From contig MU055549.1 in assembly GCA_013239625.1 (NCBI GenBank), positions 1,116,001 through 1,180,000 on the forward strand: a DNA stretch of 64,000 nt, read 5' to 3'. Source of the stretch: Lama guanicoe. Lineage: Eukaryota. Each line of letters opens with the position of its first letter. Position 1 is the first letter of the stretch. Both the position numbers and the translations under genes were made by a program. Positions 25,463 to 37,775 of the stretch are shown here, piece by piece. The notes below the pieces were generated by a model. The model saw nothing but the letters and a program-made list of their open reading frames with translations. It made no database searches and was not told where the DNA came from.

Positions 25463-26079
25463 TACAAGGGGGCCCGACCCAGCGGCCTGGGCCTCTCCCC
25501 GCTGGATCCCACAGAGCCTCACAGCCCAGTGCCCTGGGGCTGGCTGGGCCCTAGGCCCAGCCCTGACTGGCACTCACAGTGAGCCATCTTGCCCATCTTC
25601 TGAGCCAGACCCTGCCTGCCTCCTCCCCTCCACCCCACAGTGTCCCCACTTTGACACCCACCCCCACCAGTGGACCAACTCATGCTCAAAGTCCAAAAAG
25701 AGGAATAAGAAGGCTTTGGGCAGGAAGAGACTGTGGTCCCCTGTTCAAGCCCCACGCCCCACCCCCAGTTTTCAGACACCTGGATTCAGAATCTGGGAGC
25801 CTCGTGGAGGGGAGTGTTGGAACCAAGAAGGAAATACAGCAGAGATGGGGTGGAAGTTCCTCTAAACCAGCCGACTTGTGTCTGACCCACCTGAGATGGG
25901 ATCATCCCCCCCCCTGCACCTGGAGGGCTTCCTGCATGAGGGTGGACCCTGGGCCAGCCTTGAGGCATGACCCCCTGCGGTACGCAGAGGAGGGGGCTCC
26001 TTTCTTCCTAAGTGTGTAGGGAAGTGGGCCAGAAATCCCACGGACCCCATCGCCCTCCCGCTGAGGCAAAGTGCAGAGT

Positions 26080-27300
26080 TAGGTTTGAATCCGCGGGCTC
26101 CCAGGCACGGTCCAGTTGGCGCCAGGCTCTCGCTTCCCTCCCTCGGCTGGGCTCCGGGCTGCCTGGAGGGGCCAGCTTTGTTTCCTGGCCGCGCAGGGCG
26201 GGCGGTCGACCTCCCCGAGCCGTGCGTGTGGGTGTTGGAGGGGGTCCGCCCGAGAGCAGGGCTGCCGAGGCGCCTGCTCAGCGGCTAGTGAGCGCTCATC
26301 TCTCCGGGGAACTCCGAACCCCGGCTCCACGGAGGGATTCGCGCCGCCAGGGGCTCCGGGCCGAGCGGCCGGGCTGAGCTGCTTTGTCTCGGACAAAGAA
26401 CTCCCGGCGCGGCGGCGGCGCGGTCTGGGGGGCGGATGGCCGGTGGGCTGCGCGGGGAAAGGCATCTCTGCGCCTCGAGGCCAGAGGAGGCTGGGCTGGC
26501 GGTGCCAACAAAGGGCCGCAGCGCCCGCCAATCCTTAAGAAGAGCTCCCAGAGAGGCCGGCCACCGCGGGCAGGGAGGCACGTCTGTGCTTTAGCAAGCA
26601 GGTCTTCCCCGCACCCGCCCTCAACCCCCGGGCTCCGCGCCCTCCCCTGGCGCAGAGGAGGTCCGGCCAAGCCGGCAGGGCCTGAGCCTGGGCCTGTGCG
26701 CGGGATCCGTAAGGCGGTGCAGCGCGGCGCTCGCGGGAGCGCGGGAAGGAGCCGGGGGAAAGGGACAGCCCTGGGACAGGGCCAAGCATGGGGGCTGGAC
26801 CTCGCGAGCAGGGGGCAGGCGCGAGGCCGGGAGGGACCTCCCCGCAGCCTGGAGGCCAGGTCCGGCCTGAGGCAGTGGGCAGGGGGCGCGGAGTGGCTGC
26901 CGGGAGCGGAGCTCACCGTGATCCGGGGGATGCTCTTCTTGCCCTGAAAAGACATCTTGCTCCTCCGGCCGGCGCCGCCGCCTCGGTCGGCCCGCGCGGC
27001 CTGGCTCAGGCGGGGCGGGCCTGGGGGTCCTCGGTAGGGGGTGCAGGAGCTGGGCCGCGCAGGGGACGCGCAGAGCCCAGGCGTGTACGTGAGGGCGCCG
27101 GGCGTCTGAGTGGGAGCGCGCTGGGCCGCGCGGCTCCGTTACCGGCCCCGCCCCCGGCTCAGCCCCGCCCCCGACCCGCAGCTGCTCCTGTTTTCAAGCC
27201 CCGCCCCGTCCGGGCTCTGCAATGGTACCCTTACCCCAGCCCTACGTCTGAGCTGCGGCCAAGGGCCTGGCCCCACTAGGACCGCGACGCAAACGCGTGC
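26080..27300. promoter_or_regulatory. CpG island / GC-box promoter of DPYSL4 short exon 1
   Basis: Dense CpG and GC boxes (gggcgg/ccgccc) around the ATG at 26955; boundaries approximate. Confidence 0.8.
26917..26955 (-). CDS. DPYSL4: DPYSL4 exon 1, short/B form (MSFQGKKSIPRIT)
   Basis: ATG at 26955; ACG|gtgagc donor. Confidence 0.96.
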
Positions 27301-27879
27301 TGGACGGGAAGGGGGAGAGGGTTGCAGAAGGTCATGACCAGTATATGTGCGGAGTTTGCAACCAGGAAGGAGGGTGGGAGAGGTCCAGCAACGTCGTGCC
27401 AGGCCCCTCTTCGCCCCTGGCCAGCCACGGATCCACCACCAGCCCCTTGGTGACCCGAGGCACCAAAGGCCACGGGGATTGAATCCAATCTCAAGTCCAG
27501 GCTTATGCGCTCCGGAAGCTGGACTCTGTCTGGAAAGATGTGTCAGGTCAAAGCCTAGCTCCTTCGAGGCTGGCCCAGGGCAGGGATTGGAACGCCAGGC
27601 TGGCCGGGGACCGGCAGTGGAGACGCCTCATTGTGAGGCTGCTCCAGGGCCAGCTCCGGGAAACTTGAGGGACAGAGGGAGGTTGGAGAGACACAGAAGG
27701 GACAGAAAGAGACCCAGAGAGACACAGAGAAAGAGACAGCTCCTCAAGGCCTGGGACGGACCAGAGAAGCAGAACCAGGGCAGGAGAGTCAGGACCTTAG
27801 GGCGGGGCCTGAGGAAGGCGGTGCATGATAGAGTTCAGGCCCAGACTCGGCCAGTCAGGGAGAGGAAGGCCCCGCCACG

Positions 27880-28620
27880 GGCCCTTGCGTCCCCTTGGAG
27901 GAGCTAGGTGGTTGTGCAAGAGTACGAGCCCCTGGTCCGTGCCCCCAGTGGCCTCCCGTCGTGGGTATTCAGCGTGTCGAGGAGTCCGGGCCCGCATCCC
28001 CCTCTCACTGGCCCCTATGCCGGCCCCTCTCTGCACTGCGACCACTACCTGCGGTTGGCCGCGGGCCTGGGCCGCGCTGGACCTCTCTGGGAGACTTGCC
28101 GCAGCCTCTGGGCCGTGTCTGTCTGGCTCGCCGGGTCCCTCCGGGTCGCCGCGCGGCCAGCTGTAGGGCTCTCCTGCTCGCGGACCCCGGCGGCCGCTTC
28201 CCAGCGCGTCCAGCTGCAGTGTCTTGTTCTCAAAAGCGTCCTCCACGCAGCGGAAGACTCCGCCGAGCTTGGGCCGGGCCCGGGGGCTGCCTGCGCCCCG
28301 CGTCCGCAGGCACGCGGGCAGAACCTCCGTGGGCTGCCGTGCTGCCATGGCGGGAGCAAGCGAGGCGCGGCCGGTCCTGCAGCCTCCTGTGGCGCGGTCT
28401 GCGGGGTGCGCGTGGCCGGGCGGACCTGGGCCTCGCACTCCCTCCCCTACCCGGCTGCATCCCCCGCCCGCACCCCCCACCCCCGGGCCCGCCGGACGTC
28501 TGCGCGGAGCCGGCGCTGTCCACGCAGCGAGTGCTGAACGCGCGGGGTCTGGGCGGAGGCAGCGCTCCCCGTCCCAGCGCCGAGGCTTGCCCTCTGGGCG
28601 GATGGGGGTTCCGACCTCCT
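27880..28620. promoter_or_regulatory. Second CpG island over the DPYSL4 long first exon
   Basis: CpG-dense block separated from the first island by a CpG-poorer gap. Confidence 0.7.
28049..28348 (-). CDS. DPYSL4: DPYSL4 alternative upstream first exon, long/A-type CRMP N-terminus (100 aa)
   Basis: gccATGG Kozak context at 28348. MAARQPTEVLPACLRTRGAGSPRARPKLGGVFRCVEDAFENKTLQLDALGSGRRG... resembles the long first exons of CRMP1/2/4. The phase-0 donor CAG|gtagtg is compatible with exon 2. Confidence 0.75.
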
Positions 28621-29489
28621 GTTCAACTTGAAGAAGTGCCGGCAGGGAGCAAGCGCTGAAGGAACCAGTCTATCTGAACTCAAGCCACATTTCCAGGCCC
28701 GTGGGCAATTCTACATCAGGCAAGGAGGTTCTGAGTCTGAAACGTTTGAGAGTTGAAAGAGAGGGGCGCGGGGTAGGGGGTAGGCGGAATGCGAGCTGCT
28801 CCTGACCACGCTCAAAAACAAGTTCAAGGTTTGGCCCTCGAGACACGGTAGGATCCTCAGCCCGCCCAGAGTCACAGGGCGATGCCATCACTCTATCCAG
28901 CTCTGAAGAGATTAGATTTTAAGGAGAACCAGCCTTTGCGTTGTTAGTACAGCCTGAATTTCAAAGCATAAGTGGGGACAATGGGAGTCAATGGGGGTCC
29001 TGGCTGGGCACAAGAACTAAGTCAGCAACCTTCTCCTCCCCTGGTCCCAGTCCTACCTCGTTTCCACTTCCCTGAAGAGATCCATCAAACAGCCTTTACT
29101 CACCTGTGTGGGGTCACTGCAAGTGAAATCTGTTGCCAAGTGTTACTCATTCGCAGAAGTTCTCTCACCGTCCTCAGCCAGCAGACGTTTCTCACCTGCT
29201 ACACAGCTACGGGCACGGGCCTCCCTGGCGGCTGACCTCAGCCAGGTGCTGCCAGTGCCTCTGACTGCAGAGCCTGCTCCCCAGGTGACCTTCCCTGACT
29301 CACCAGCCTGATGAGGCTGTGTGTGCGGCACCTGGCTCCCCCTCCCCAGCGTGCAGAAGGCCCAGGTTCCCTTTCTGGTGTGAAAGAAGAAACTGTCATT
29401 CAGCGAGTGGACACAGAACACAGAAGTGGCTAACACAGCCCGTAAGTCCAAACTTTAATACTTTGTGAGGGGGAGAATCTTTTTTAATA

Positions 29490-31926
29490 TTCTAAGATTT
29501 AAAACAACCTTTTATTAAAAACTGCACAATAATTTACAAATGAGTAAAAATTCTCTGGTATATATCATAGGAACCACAATACAAAAATATGTGTAAAAGT
29601 TTGTGACTGGTCACCATACAAACCTGTTTCAGGCCTCTGAATACTGTTAAGTGTGGTTACTAAGAAGCTGCCTCAGAACACAAAGCCGTGAGAAAACAAG
29701 TCCTTGTACGTTTTGCATCAATTTACAATAAAGCTTTCCAAAAATATACAGTAAGCAAATATATAATTTGATACACCTACTTACAGCTTGATTTTCCTGA
29801 GCCTAAACATAAATCCATCACCGTGTTGAGACACACAAGCCATCTGAAGGTTTCAGTGACGCAGCGATGGTCAGTGTAGACTAATGTCACAACGCCTCCA
29901 CTCCCAGCGCACCCTCCCTCCGGCTGCCGGCGTTGGTGTTCACGAGCCGTGTAAGGCACTCGGGTGTCCTGAAGGCTACAGGTTCCTCGAGGGCAGAGCA
30001 CTTGAAGGAAGAGCCACAGTCCTTCAGCAACTGGAGCTCTAAGCCATGGAAACGAGGTGCACACACATCCGTGTCAGCAAGGAAGCTGCAGCTTACAGGG
30101 ATTTCTAGCTTAGACAAATGAAAGCATTGGTGGTGGTGTGGGTGTGGTGCACACAGTGACAACGGTGGTAACGGTGATGCTGTGCACATGTCCACGTCTG
30201 GTTCTGCCTTCCCACCTTTCAGGGTCCCTCTCCTTGCTCCATTAGGGAGTGATGCATTCACACACACTTCCCTGTTTGAAGAGCCCGAGTAAGAGGCGCC
30301 CAAATGCTTGCGGGAAACTCGATCCCGCCCACTGGTTTTGAATAAAAGGTACACTCGAGGGTTGAGAAAATGCACGTTACTCCAAAACAGCCGAATTCTT
30401 CAGACGCTCACTGGACCAGCAGGAATCAGTGACCGATGCTCTTATCTGCCTCTGTTTCTTCTTTCTTTGTAAAAGCCGAGTCCTGAAAGGCTGGATTTTA
30501 TAATCAGGTGAAAACAAGGGGCCCGTGAAATGTGGGCAAGAGCAGTAATGTCTAACGGGAAGGAGTGGCGTTGCAGCCAGTGTGCGCTCGGGGGAGCGCA
30601 GTGCCCAGTGCAGAGCGGTGCGTGGACTGCTGCTTAAAACACTCACGGAGCCATTGCCCCTTCCAGCGCACATCCTCTAAACATACAAACAGCAGCTTCA
30701 TAAGCATCTGGTACATATTTACATGCTTCTCTTTCCCGGAGAATTTGCCTTTTTTGAAAAATTGCAAAGCTGTGGTAAAGAGTGCCTAGGGTGTGTGGGG
30801 AGGCGCATGAAGTACTCCAGACGTACGTACAACATGCACAACCATGATGACCCAAGTAAACGTGAGGGATGTGAATCTGGGCTTCAAATGCACATTTTTT
30901 TGATCCAAATCGGCCAGCCTGCCCAGCTGCTGCTCCTGTGCGGGTGCACACGGGGCCTGGGAGCTCCAGCAGAGGAGGGCAGGCCCCCAGGAGTGCTTGG
31001 AGCTACACAGTGTTTCTGGATGCCTGCATCACTCAGTCCATCAGACTCCGACCTGGGAGTTCACCCGCAGCTCTGTGGCAGCTTTTATTAATGCAAGACT
31101 GTTGTTTGCCGTTCGTTCTGAGCACAAGTGTGTCAAGAGGATGCAGTCATTAGAACAAGACAAAAGTGTGCAGGAAGGAGTAAACAAGATTTCGAACTTG
31201 AGCTCCAAACCCTGACATCAAGCTCAGCTGGAGAAGTGGGGAACTGGCCCCGATCTTGTCCAAGTGCGTAAGTAGCTGTGGCTTTCATGACAACAGAAAG
31301 CATGCGTCCTTGTTGGACAAGTGTTGACTAACAGTGCACTGCCCAGCAGAAAACCCGTACCCACCAGAGAAAAGCGTATCTGCCTAATCCTATAAGCTTT
31401 CTCCCAACTCACCCTCAGGAGTGAAGCCTGGTCTGGCCGCCACTGTCATCTGCACCAGAGCAGAACATTTCTTCCGACACGAATATAAAATGAACCTAAC
31501 GTGTCCAGACACCACAGTCCTGCCTCCCTCTGGCCACTGGGTCATGCAGCCTGCGTTTCTTTTAGACAGTGTTGTCTGCTGCGTTCTCACCTGGTTGCAC
31601 GTCTCACCACCCAGCAGGCCAAGTTCTAAGTGCCTCAAAAGAGCTAAATGCTCTGCGTCATCTTCTGATTGCATACACATGCGTGCAGGCACACACCCAG
31701 ACTCATGCCTGCACACACACACTCACACGCACGCACACCCCTTGCAAATTCAGCACTGAGAGCACAACCTTAGATCACCAAGGGTGCGAGGTCAACAGAA
31801 GAATCACCTCCACCCCTGAGCCAGGCTGCGTCCCAGCGCGGGGAGACGTTCCTGGGCTGTGGACCAGTGCTCGGTGGGGACGGAAATCACGCTCAAGACG
31901 GGCTTCATCGATGTGCTGCTTCCTCT
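29490..31926 (-). other. JAKMIP3: Probable JAKMIP3 terminal non-coding exon (~2.4 kb of 3'UTR)
   Basis: Strong acceptor tctgtcttcactctttttcag ending at 31927; AT-rich UTR-like sequence ending at a poly(A) signal. Confidence 0.6.
29511..29516 (-). terminator. Probable JAKMIP3 poly(A) signal AATAAA (a second signal, ATTAAA, lies near 29454-29459)
   Basis: tttatt on the + strand at the end of the AT-rich region. Confidence 0.65.
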
Positions 31927-33642
31927 CTGAAAAAGAGTGAAGACAGACGCTTCCTGTTAGTGTGAGCAGTCCGAGGCTTGTGAGGACTGCCAGTGGGGAA
32001 GGTCTGGAGAAGCACCCAGGGGCAGAGTGTTGACCGGGTGCCGACCCTGCAAGGGGACAGCCGGGTTACAGTGGCTCAAGCCGTGCTCCCTGAGCACATC
32101 TGTCCACTTGCTGGGTCATTCACGTGGCAAATATTTATTTGAATGTGTGTCGGGGGCCAGACGCTACCTGAGTGTGTATGGAAGCCCTCACTGGGGATTC
32201 CACGGTGAGCAAGCCGGACACATAATCACGCTCAGCTCATCCGGAGCCCGCAGTCTGAGAGGGGAGAGGGCGGTGAGCTGATGGAGACAAGGATGGACAT
32301 CGTGTGGGAGGAGGGACGCAGGACAGGGAGGGAGCTCACGGCTGGTGGTGGTGCAGCTGGAGGCCCCGACCCGCTCCAAGCCCAGCGGGGCGCGGTCTGG
32401 TGAATGACCGCCCTGTGATGGGGTGATGTTTTGATGGGGGTGGACACCAAGAACCACAGACGGGGCTTCACTGAGGCTGGTGAGAAAGTGTAAAGGGAGG
32501 AAGAAGTTGATAATGAAAGTCATGAAGTGGGTTCGTTCCGCAGTCCCAGACGGACAGAGGAGGGATGAGAGGCCAAGAGGGCATCTGGCTGGACCACGGC
32601 CCAGCTGGCAGCAGGGGTGCTTTTAGGCTGGCGCCCAGCCCAACAGGCACGAAGACGTCAGACGCTCGTGAAAGGCTGCAGAGGCAGAACTCGCCTGGGT
32701 GACGCCCGACGGTAACACATGCAAATGCGCCCGTGCATATGGATCAGGAAACGGCGTTCTGAGTGGCATCAACACAGAGCCCGAGGAACAGCCCCCGTCG
32801 GCTGTGTTTGGGCTGGGAATTCCCACGGGGACCCCACTGTTGGGAAACAGAAGGCAGCCGGCAAGGGAGACTGGCTCCTTCCTGGGGTCGGAAGCTGCAG
32901 ACAGTGGGCGCCATGGGGAGCCCAAGGGCCTCACGGGGTGTCCAGAAATGCACACGAAACAAGGAAAGCCGGGTCCTCACACAGGGTGGGCTGGACGGAG
33001 GTCCAGATGGGCGAGGGCACAATCCCACAGGCACTGGGCCGGGGTGAAGCCTTGCGCCCAGATCTTTGCTCTCTGCCCCAAACACCACCCCTACGTCCTG
33101 GCCCCAGACTCTCAACGTAATGCCCACAAACACACACGTGATCAGCTTACAGGGCAACAGAGAACGGGCTAGAACAGAACCTTTCCACATACAGGCTATT
33201 ACTCTGGGACAGTGCAGCCAAACATTTTCAAACCCAACAGAAACAAACGGCAACGATAAACCAGCCTGGGGCCAAGGTCATTTGCCCCTAAACCTCCCAT
33301 TCGGGGGCATATATCAGGAAACAGATGGTCTTGCTCAGGCCCAGCCCAGCGTCCCCCGCCTCTCAGCTCTCCCAGGGTATTTCCATCACCCCGACAGATG
33401 GTGGCGGGGCTGCCGCCAGGCCCCCGACTCTGGGCCGCCTCCTAGGCACTTCTCCCAGCCCCTCGCACAGATGCGGGGACGGCCCACTCAGTCCAGGCTG
33501 TCCACGCACGCACGGGGTCTACCCAGGGCCTCCTCCTCCTGACTTTGACTCTGCGGCCGCCGGTGAGCACGTAATAAAGGCAGCAGCCATGTCTGTGGAG
33601 CTGGTCGCGCGTGAGGACGTTCCCTCAGGGCCCCTGAATGCT

Positions 33643-34060
33643 GCGACGGTTAATTTGTGGGTCAACTCGACCAGGACACGTTTGCCCAGACTTGTCCTGA
33701 GTGTGCCTGTGAGGGTACTTCCAGGTAGGACTAGCATTTGAGTCGACAGTTGAGTAAAGCACATGGCCCTCCCCAGTGCAGGTGGGCCTCGTCCCATTAG
33801 CTGAAGGCCAGAACAGAACAAAAAGGCTGAGTAAGAGGGGAAACCTGCTCTCAGACTTGGACAGAAACATGGGCCCTGCTGGGTCTGGGTCTCCAGCCTG
33901 CAGACCACAGATTGTGATATTGCTGTTTCCACAAACGTGTAAGCCAGTTTGTTATCATCACTCCCTATCTTTACATGGACAGACATGGAAAGACAGAGGG
34001 ACAGACAGACACACACACACCAGCCCGTTGGTTCTGTTTCTCTGCAGAACCCTGCCGCAA
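33643..34060 (+). mobile_element. MLT2-like (ERVL) solo LTR
   Basis: gttaatttgtgggtcaactcgac...gagtaaagcacatggccctcccc...gttggttctgtttctctgcagaaccctg. Confidence 0.7.
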
Positions 34061-34362
34061 ATGTATTACCTGATTAACCTCTCCCACACGAAGGAGGCAA
34101 CCCCCTGTAGAGGAGGGGGCCGAGGTGGGCATAGGTCAATTCACCTGTTGGTGCCACACGGCTAAGAGAAGGCAGCCGGAGGACCAACCTAGACTTGTCT
34201 GACTCCACAGCTGTCTTTTCCACCTTGTGGCTGCCAAGTCCCCTGAGCTACCTCTAACACAAGTAACCAACCTGACAGAGGCTGTGGACACTGCTGGGAG
34301 GGGGCTCGGAGGGCCTGAAAATCCCAGAGTGGATCAGGGGTCACTTTAAGAAAATTCAGACA

Positions 34363-34840
34363 TTGGATAAAGATGTGGCATACGTATACAACGGAATACT
34401 ACTCAGCCGTGAAAAAGAATAAAATAATGCCATTTGTAACAACATGGATGGACCTGGAGATCATCACACAAAATGAAGTAAGTCAGCCAGAGAATGATAA
34501 TATCATATGGTATCACTCATGTGAAATAAAAAAAATGATACAAATGAACTTATTTACAAAACAGAAGCAGACTCACAGACATAGAAAACAAACTTATGGT
34601 TACCAAAGGGTAAGTTAGGGGAGGGATAAATTAGGAGTCTGGGATTAGCAGATACAAACTACTATATATAAAATACATAAACAACAAGGACCTACTGTAC
34701 AGCACAGGGAACTATATTCAATATTTTGTAATAACCTATAATAAAAAAGAATCTGAAAAAGTATAGATATATATAAGCTGACACATACATGACACACACG
34801 TACAGCTGAAGCACTACGCTGTACCCCTGAAACTAACATA
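34363..34840 (+). mobile_element. 5'-truncated, relatively young artiodactyl-type L1 3' end (ORF2 C-terminus plus 3'UTR)
   Basis: MWHTYTTEYYSAVKKNKIMPFVTTWMDLEII is the L1 ORF2 C-terminus; it is followed by aatgatacaaatgaacttatttacaaaacagaa...agcacagggaactatattcaata. Confidence 0.9.
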
Positions 34841-35452
34841 GCAGGCACAGACAGGGCACATAGCCAGGGCCACCAAAGGCCGAGACCTTGCTGACCCGGC
34901 CACGGGCTCGCCTCCGGGCTCTCAGCGGGACACGAGGGGACTGGCGCCCCTGAGGCTCCGAAGGGCACAGGGCGCCAGCACAGGGTGACGAAGGCGCCGC
35001 TGCTGGGTGGGGCCATGTCTTCACCCCCACGGCCCCCACGCGTTTCTGTCCTGGGTACCAGGAGGACCAGGCCAGGGAGGGGCCGTGCCTGGAGGTCAGG
35101 GCCCAGGGCGGCGGCAGTTCCAGAGGAGAGGGCAGGGCGGGAAACTTCTGTCCTGTGTTACCAGTGTGAGGACTGGCTGCAGCCGGCACGGAGTGGGCTT
35201 CCTGCCTCCAGCTGTCTGAGCACCCAGGGCCTCACCACATCCTCCTCAGCCCAGAAGTCAGCACGGTCAGGGCCATGCCATCAGAGTCACGGCCAGAAGG
35301 GCATGGAGAGGCCAGCTAAGCCCTGTCCCTCCCAGAAAGGAGGGCGGCTTGTCCTCGTTCACATGCTGTAAGTCCCCTGGCTGGTGTGGGCGCAGAGCCC
35401 ACTGCCCAGGCTCCAGGACTTCCCCTGGTCACACGTGCCCAACCCCACAGTC

Positions 35453-35606
35453 CAGACCCGCACACACGCACCCAGATGCACAGCCGCACACGCACGGCCC
35501 AGACCCGCACACACGCACCCAGATGCACAGCCGCACACGCACGGCCCAGACCCGCACACACGCACCCAGATGCACAGCCGCACACGCACGGCCCAGACCC
35601 GCACAC
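35453..35606. repeat. Minisatellite, 47-bp unit, ~3.3 perfect copies
   Basis: cagacccgcacacacgcacccagatgcacagccgcacacgcacggcc starting at 35453, 35500, 35547 and 35594. Confidence 0.92.
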
Positions 35607-37775
35607 CCATGGCCCAGTGCACGGACGTGCGCACGGGCACACACCTGGGCTCACACTTCCTGCCTGCCTTCCATTGGTTGCTTATTTCCTCACTTGGCTG
35701 CCAGGAGCTGCTCACACAGCCCTGGAAGCGGGTGTCCAGCATCTCTGCTGACACTGACTTCTCCAACAGTGGCATCTGGTGTCAGTGGCCTCGTGACCAT
35801 GCCAGTAAAAGGACCCTTTACTGCCTTCATCAAGATGGTGACATTACAGGCAATAGACAGCTGGCCGCAGCTCAGGAGCTCCTGGCTGGACAGGACAGAC
35901 TAGACAGCGGGGCCTGGGACGGACGGTGAGCCCACTTCTGTCTGAGACTGCGTGCAAGCCTCCTAGAGTCATACTAGACAAAAGGTCTTGCCATAAGGTA
36001 AACACAGAGCCCCGAACATAGAGCAAAAGTCGCCCCAAAGCTGCCGAGAACTGGAAGAGCTGATCCCCATCGCCGGAGGCTGAGCGTCGGCCCTCAGCCG
36101 ACCCCACGCGGAAACCCGGGAGAAACCCCCGCCCCGGCGCACTGACAGACGTCACGAGAACGTTCGTTCGCGAAGCGCCCGTCACAAAAGCAAACGCCCC
36201 ACGTCCACCAGAGGCGCGGAGCAGCAGGCACGGGCGCGGAGGCGCGGACGCGCAGGTCGCAGGACGGCGCTCGGCACGGCGCCGCCACGTGCGGGGGGTG
36301 CGTGCAGAAGGCGCACGGCGCGTCGTCGCTTATGGGGACTTAAAAGCAGGGACAATTAGCCCTTTTAGACACACGAGTCCGCTACACACTCTGCACGGGC
36401 CGCCGCCCCGGGGCCAGAGGCAGCGGGCTCCTGGGGGAGGGGCGGCGGTGGGAGGGGCTGAGCGGCTAGCAGCCAGCGTGTCCAGAGATGTTGCAAAAAG
36501 CAGATTTACCAAGTGGGCCGCTCCGAGCCCAGTGGCAAGAGGGTGGCCTGAGCCAGTGTCAAGATGAACGCAATTCTGTGCCCCCAGGGAACAAAGATGA
36601 AGAAGAATGAGGAGCCATGAGGGGGCAACAGGGGCCGCGGGGCTCCACGCCCGTGTGGCCATCCTGGCTCCCTGGCTTGGGCTTGTCACTTGCCATCAGC
36701 CAAGCACCCATCTGACCCCATCATGAGCCCCTCCTCCTCCCACTTGGGGCTGGAGCCCAGGCTGCCGCCGCGGCCCTGACAGGGCCCCTTGTGCGTCAGG
36801 GGGAGGCGGGTGCCACCACCTGTCCCTGCTCCTAGGATGGACAGGAGAGCTGTCCCCGAGCCGGGAAGAAGGGCCTCGAGCAGCTGGTTTTCACGCTCGG
36901 GTGAACCTTCTACAAGGAACATAATAACGGCTCACCTTTTGTTCTTTTTCTTAAACATAAAACACACAGAAATTACAAAGCAAATCTCCTCGGGTTATGA
37001 TGGAGAAGGTGACAACCATTTTTACAGGAAGGTCCCTCCTCCACATATGCACAATGCCCCTTAACTCAGACGGACGCTGGGCGGGAGCAGCGCATGCCTG
37101 AATCTCACGGCTGACCGCACCGCCGTCACTTCTGGCCGCCGGGTCTCGGCGCGGCGGAAGCCATCACAGCCCAGGCTCCTGGGGACCGGGGGTGCTCATC
37201 TGCACTCAGCACCTGCTCCACCAGGAGCTGTAAATCTGGATCTGCTGACAGTTAATCTCCCACCTCTTCAGCTTCCAGACCCCGAGCGGGGCAGGCGGGG
37301 TCCCTGGAGACCAGCCCCAGCCCCAGGATCCGGTGGGGACCAGGCAGCCGGGAGCCAGCTCAGAGGACACCAGCGAACAGCAGCACCTCCGCCGCCTCCC
37401 AGGGTGAGGTGACTCGGAGACAGTGAGGGCACCCCAGCCAGGCTGAGGAGGGGGCACTTGGTCCAGCCAAACAGAAGGCATTTAAATAAAAAAGACAGAG
37501 TTCTTTGCTGTGGGGGGGGCGGGGGGGGCAACTACGTGTCAAAAAAAAAAAATGTGCTTTGACCAAAATGTGAAACGTGCAGCGACTGCAAAATGAACTC
37601 CTGATGGGTCGTGGATAAAAACGTGAGACGTGAAGTCACAAAATCCCAGGAGACACGGGAGAAAATATTTCTGACTTTGGGTCAGGCAGTTTTCTCAAGT
37701 CTCTAACGAACGAGACTTTATCAAAATTTAAGAAATTCTCTTCAAAGGATACTCTTAAGAGAACAGAAAGACAGA

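Larger units (their letters stand above)
12912..26955 (-). other. DPYSL4: DPYSL4 (CRMP3, dihydropyrimidinase-related protein 4) gene, complete, 14 coding exons, 572 aa
   Basis: Exon lengths 39+89+185+165+62+81+69+121+157+142+171+180+166+92 = 1719 nt (572 aa plus stop). The protein starts MSFQGKKSIPRIT and ends KIMAPPGGRSNITSLS*. All introns are GT-AG. Confidence 0.98.

Noticed and set aside
34373-34618. 81-aa ORF MWHTYTTEYYSAVKK...
   Set aside because: C-terminal fragment of L1 ORF2 in a truncated element, not a host gene.
35453-35606. Regular repeats that might suggest a CRISPR array
   Set aside because: Head-to-tail identical units with no unique spacers, in eukaryotic DNA.
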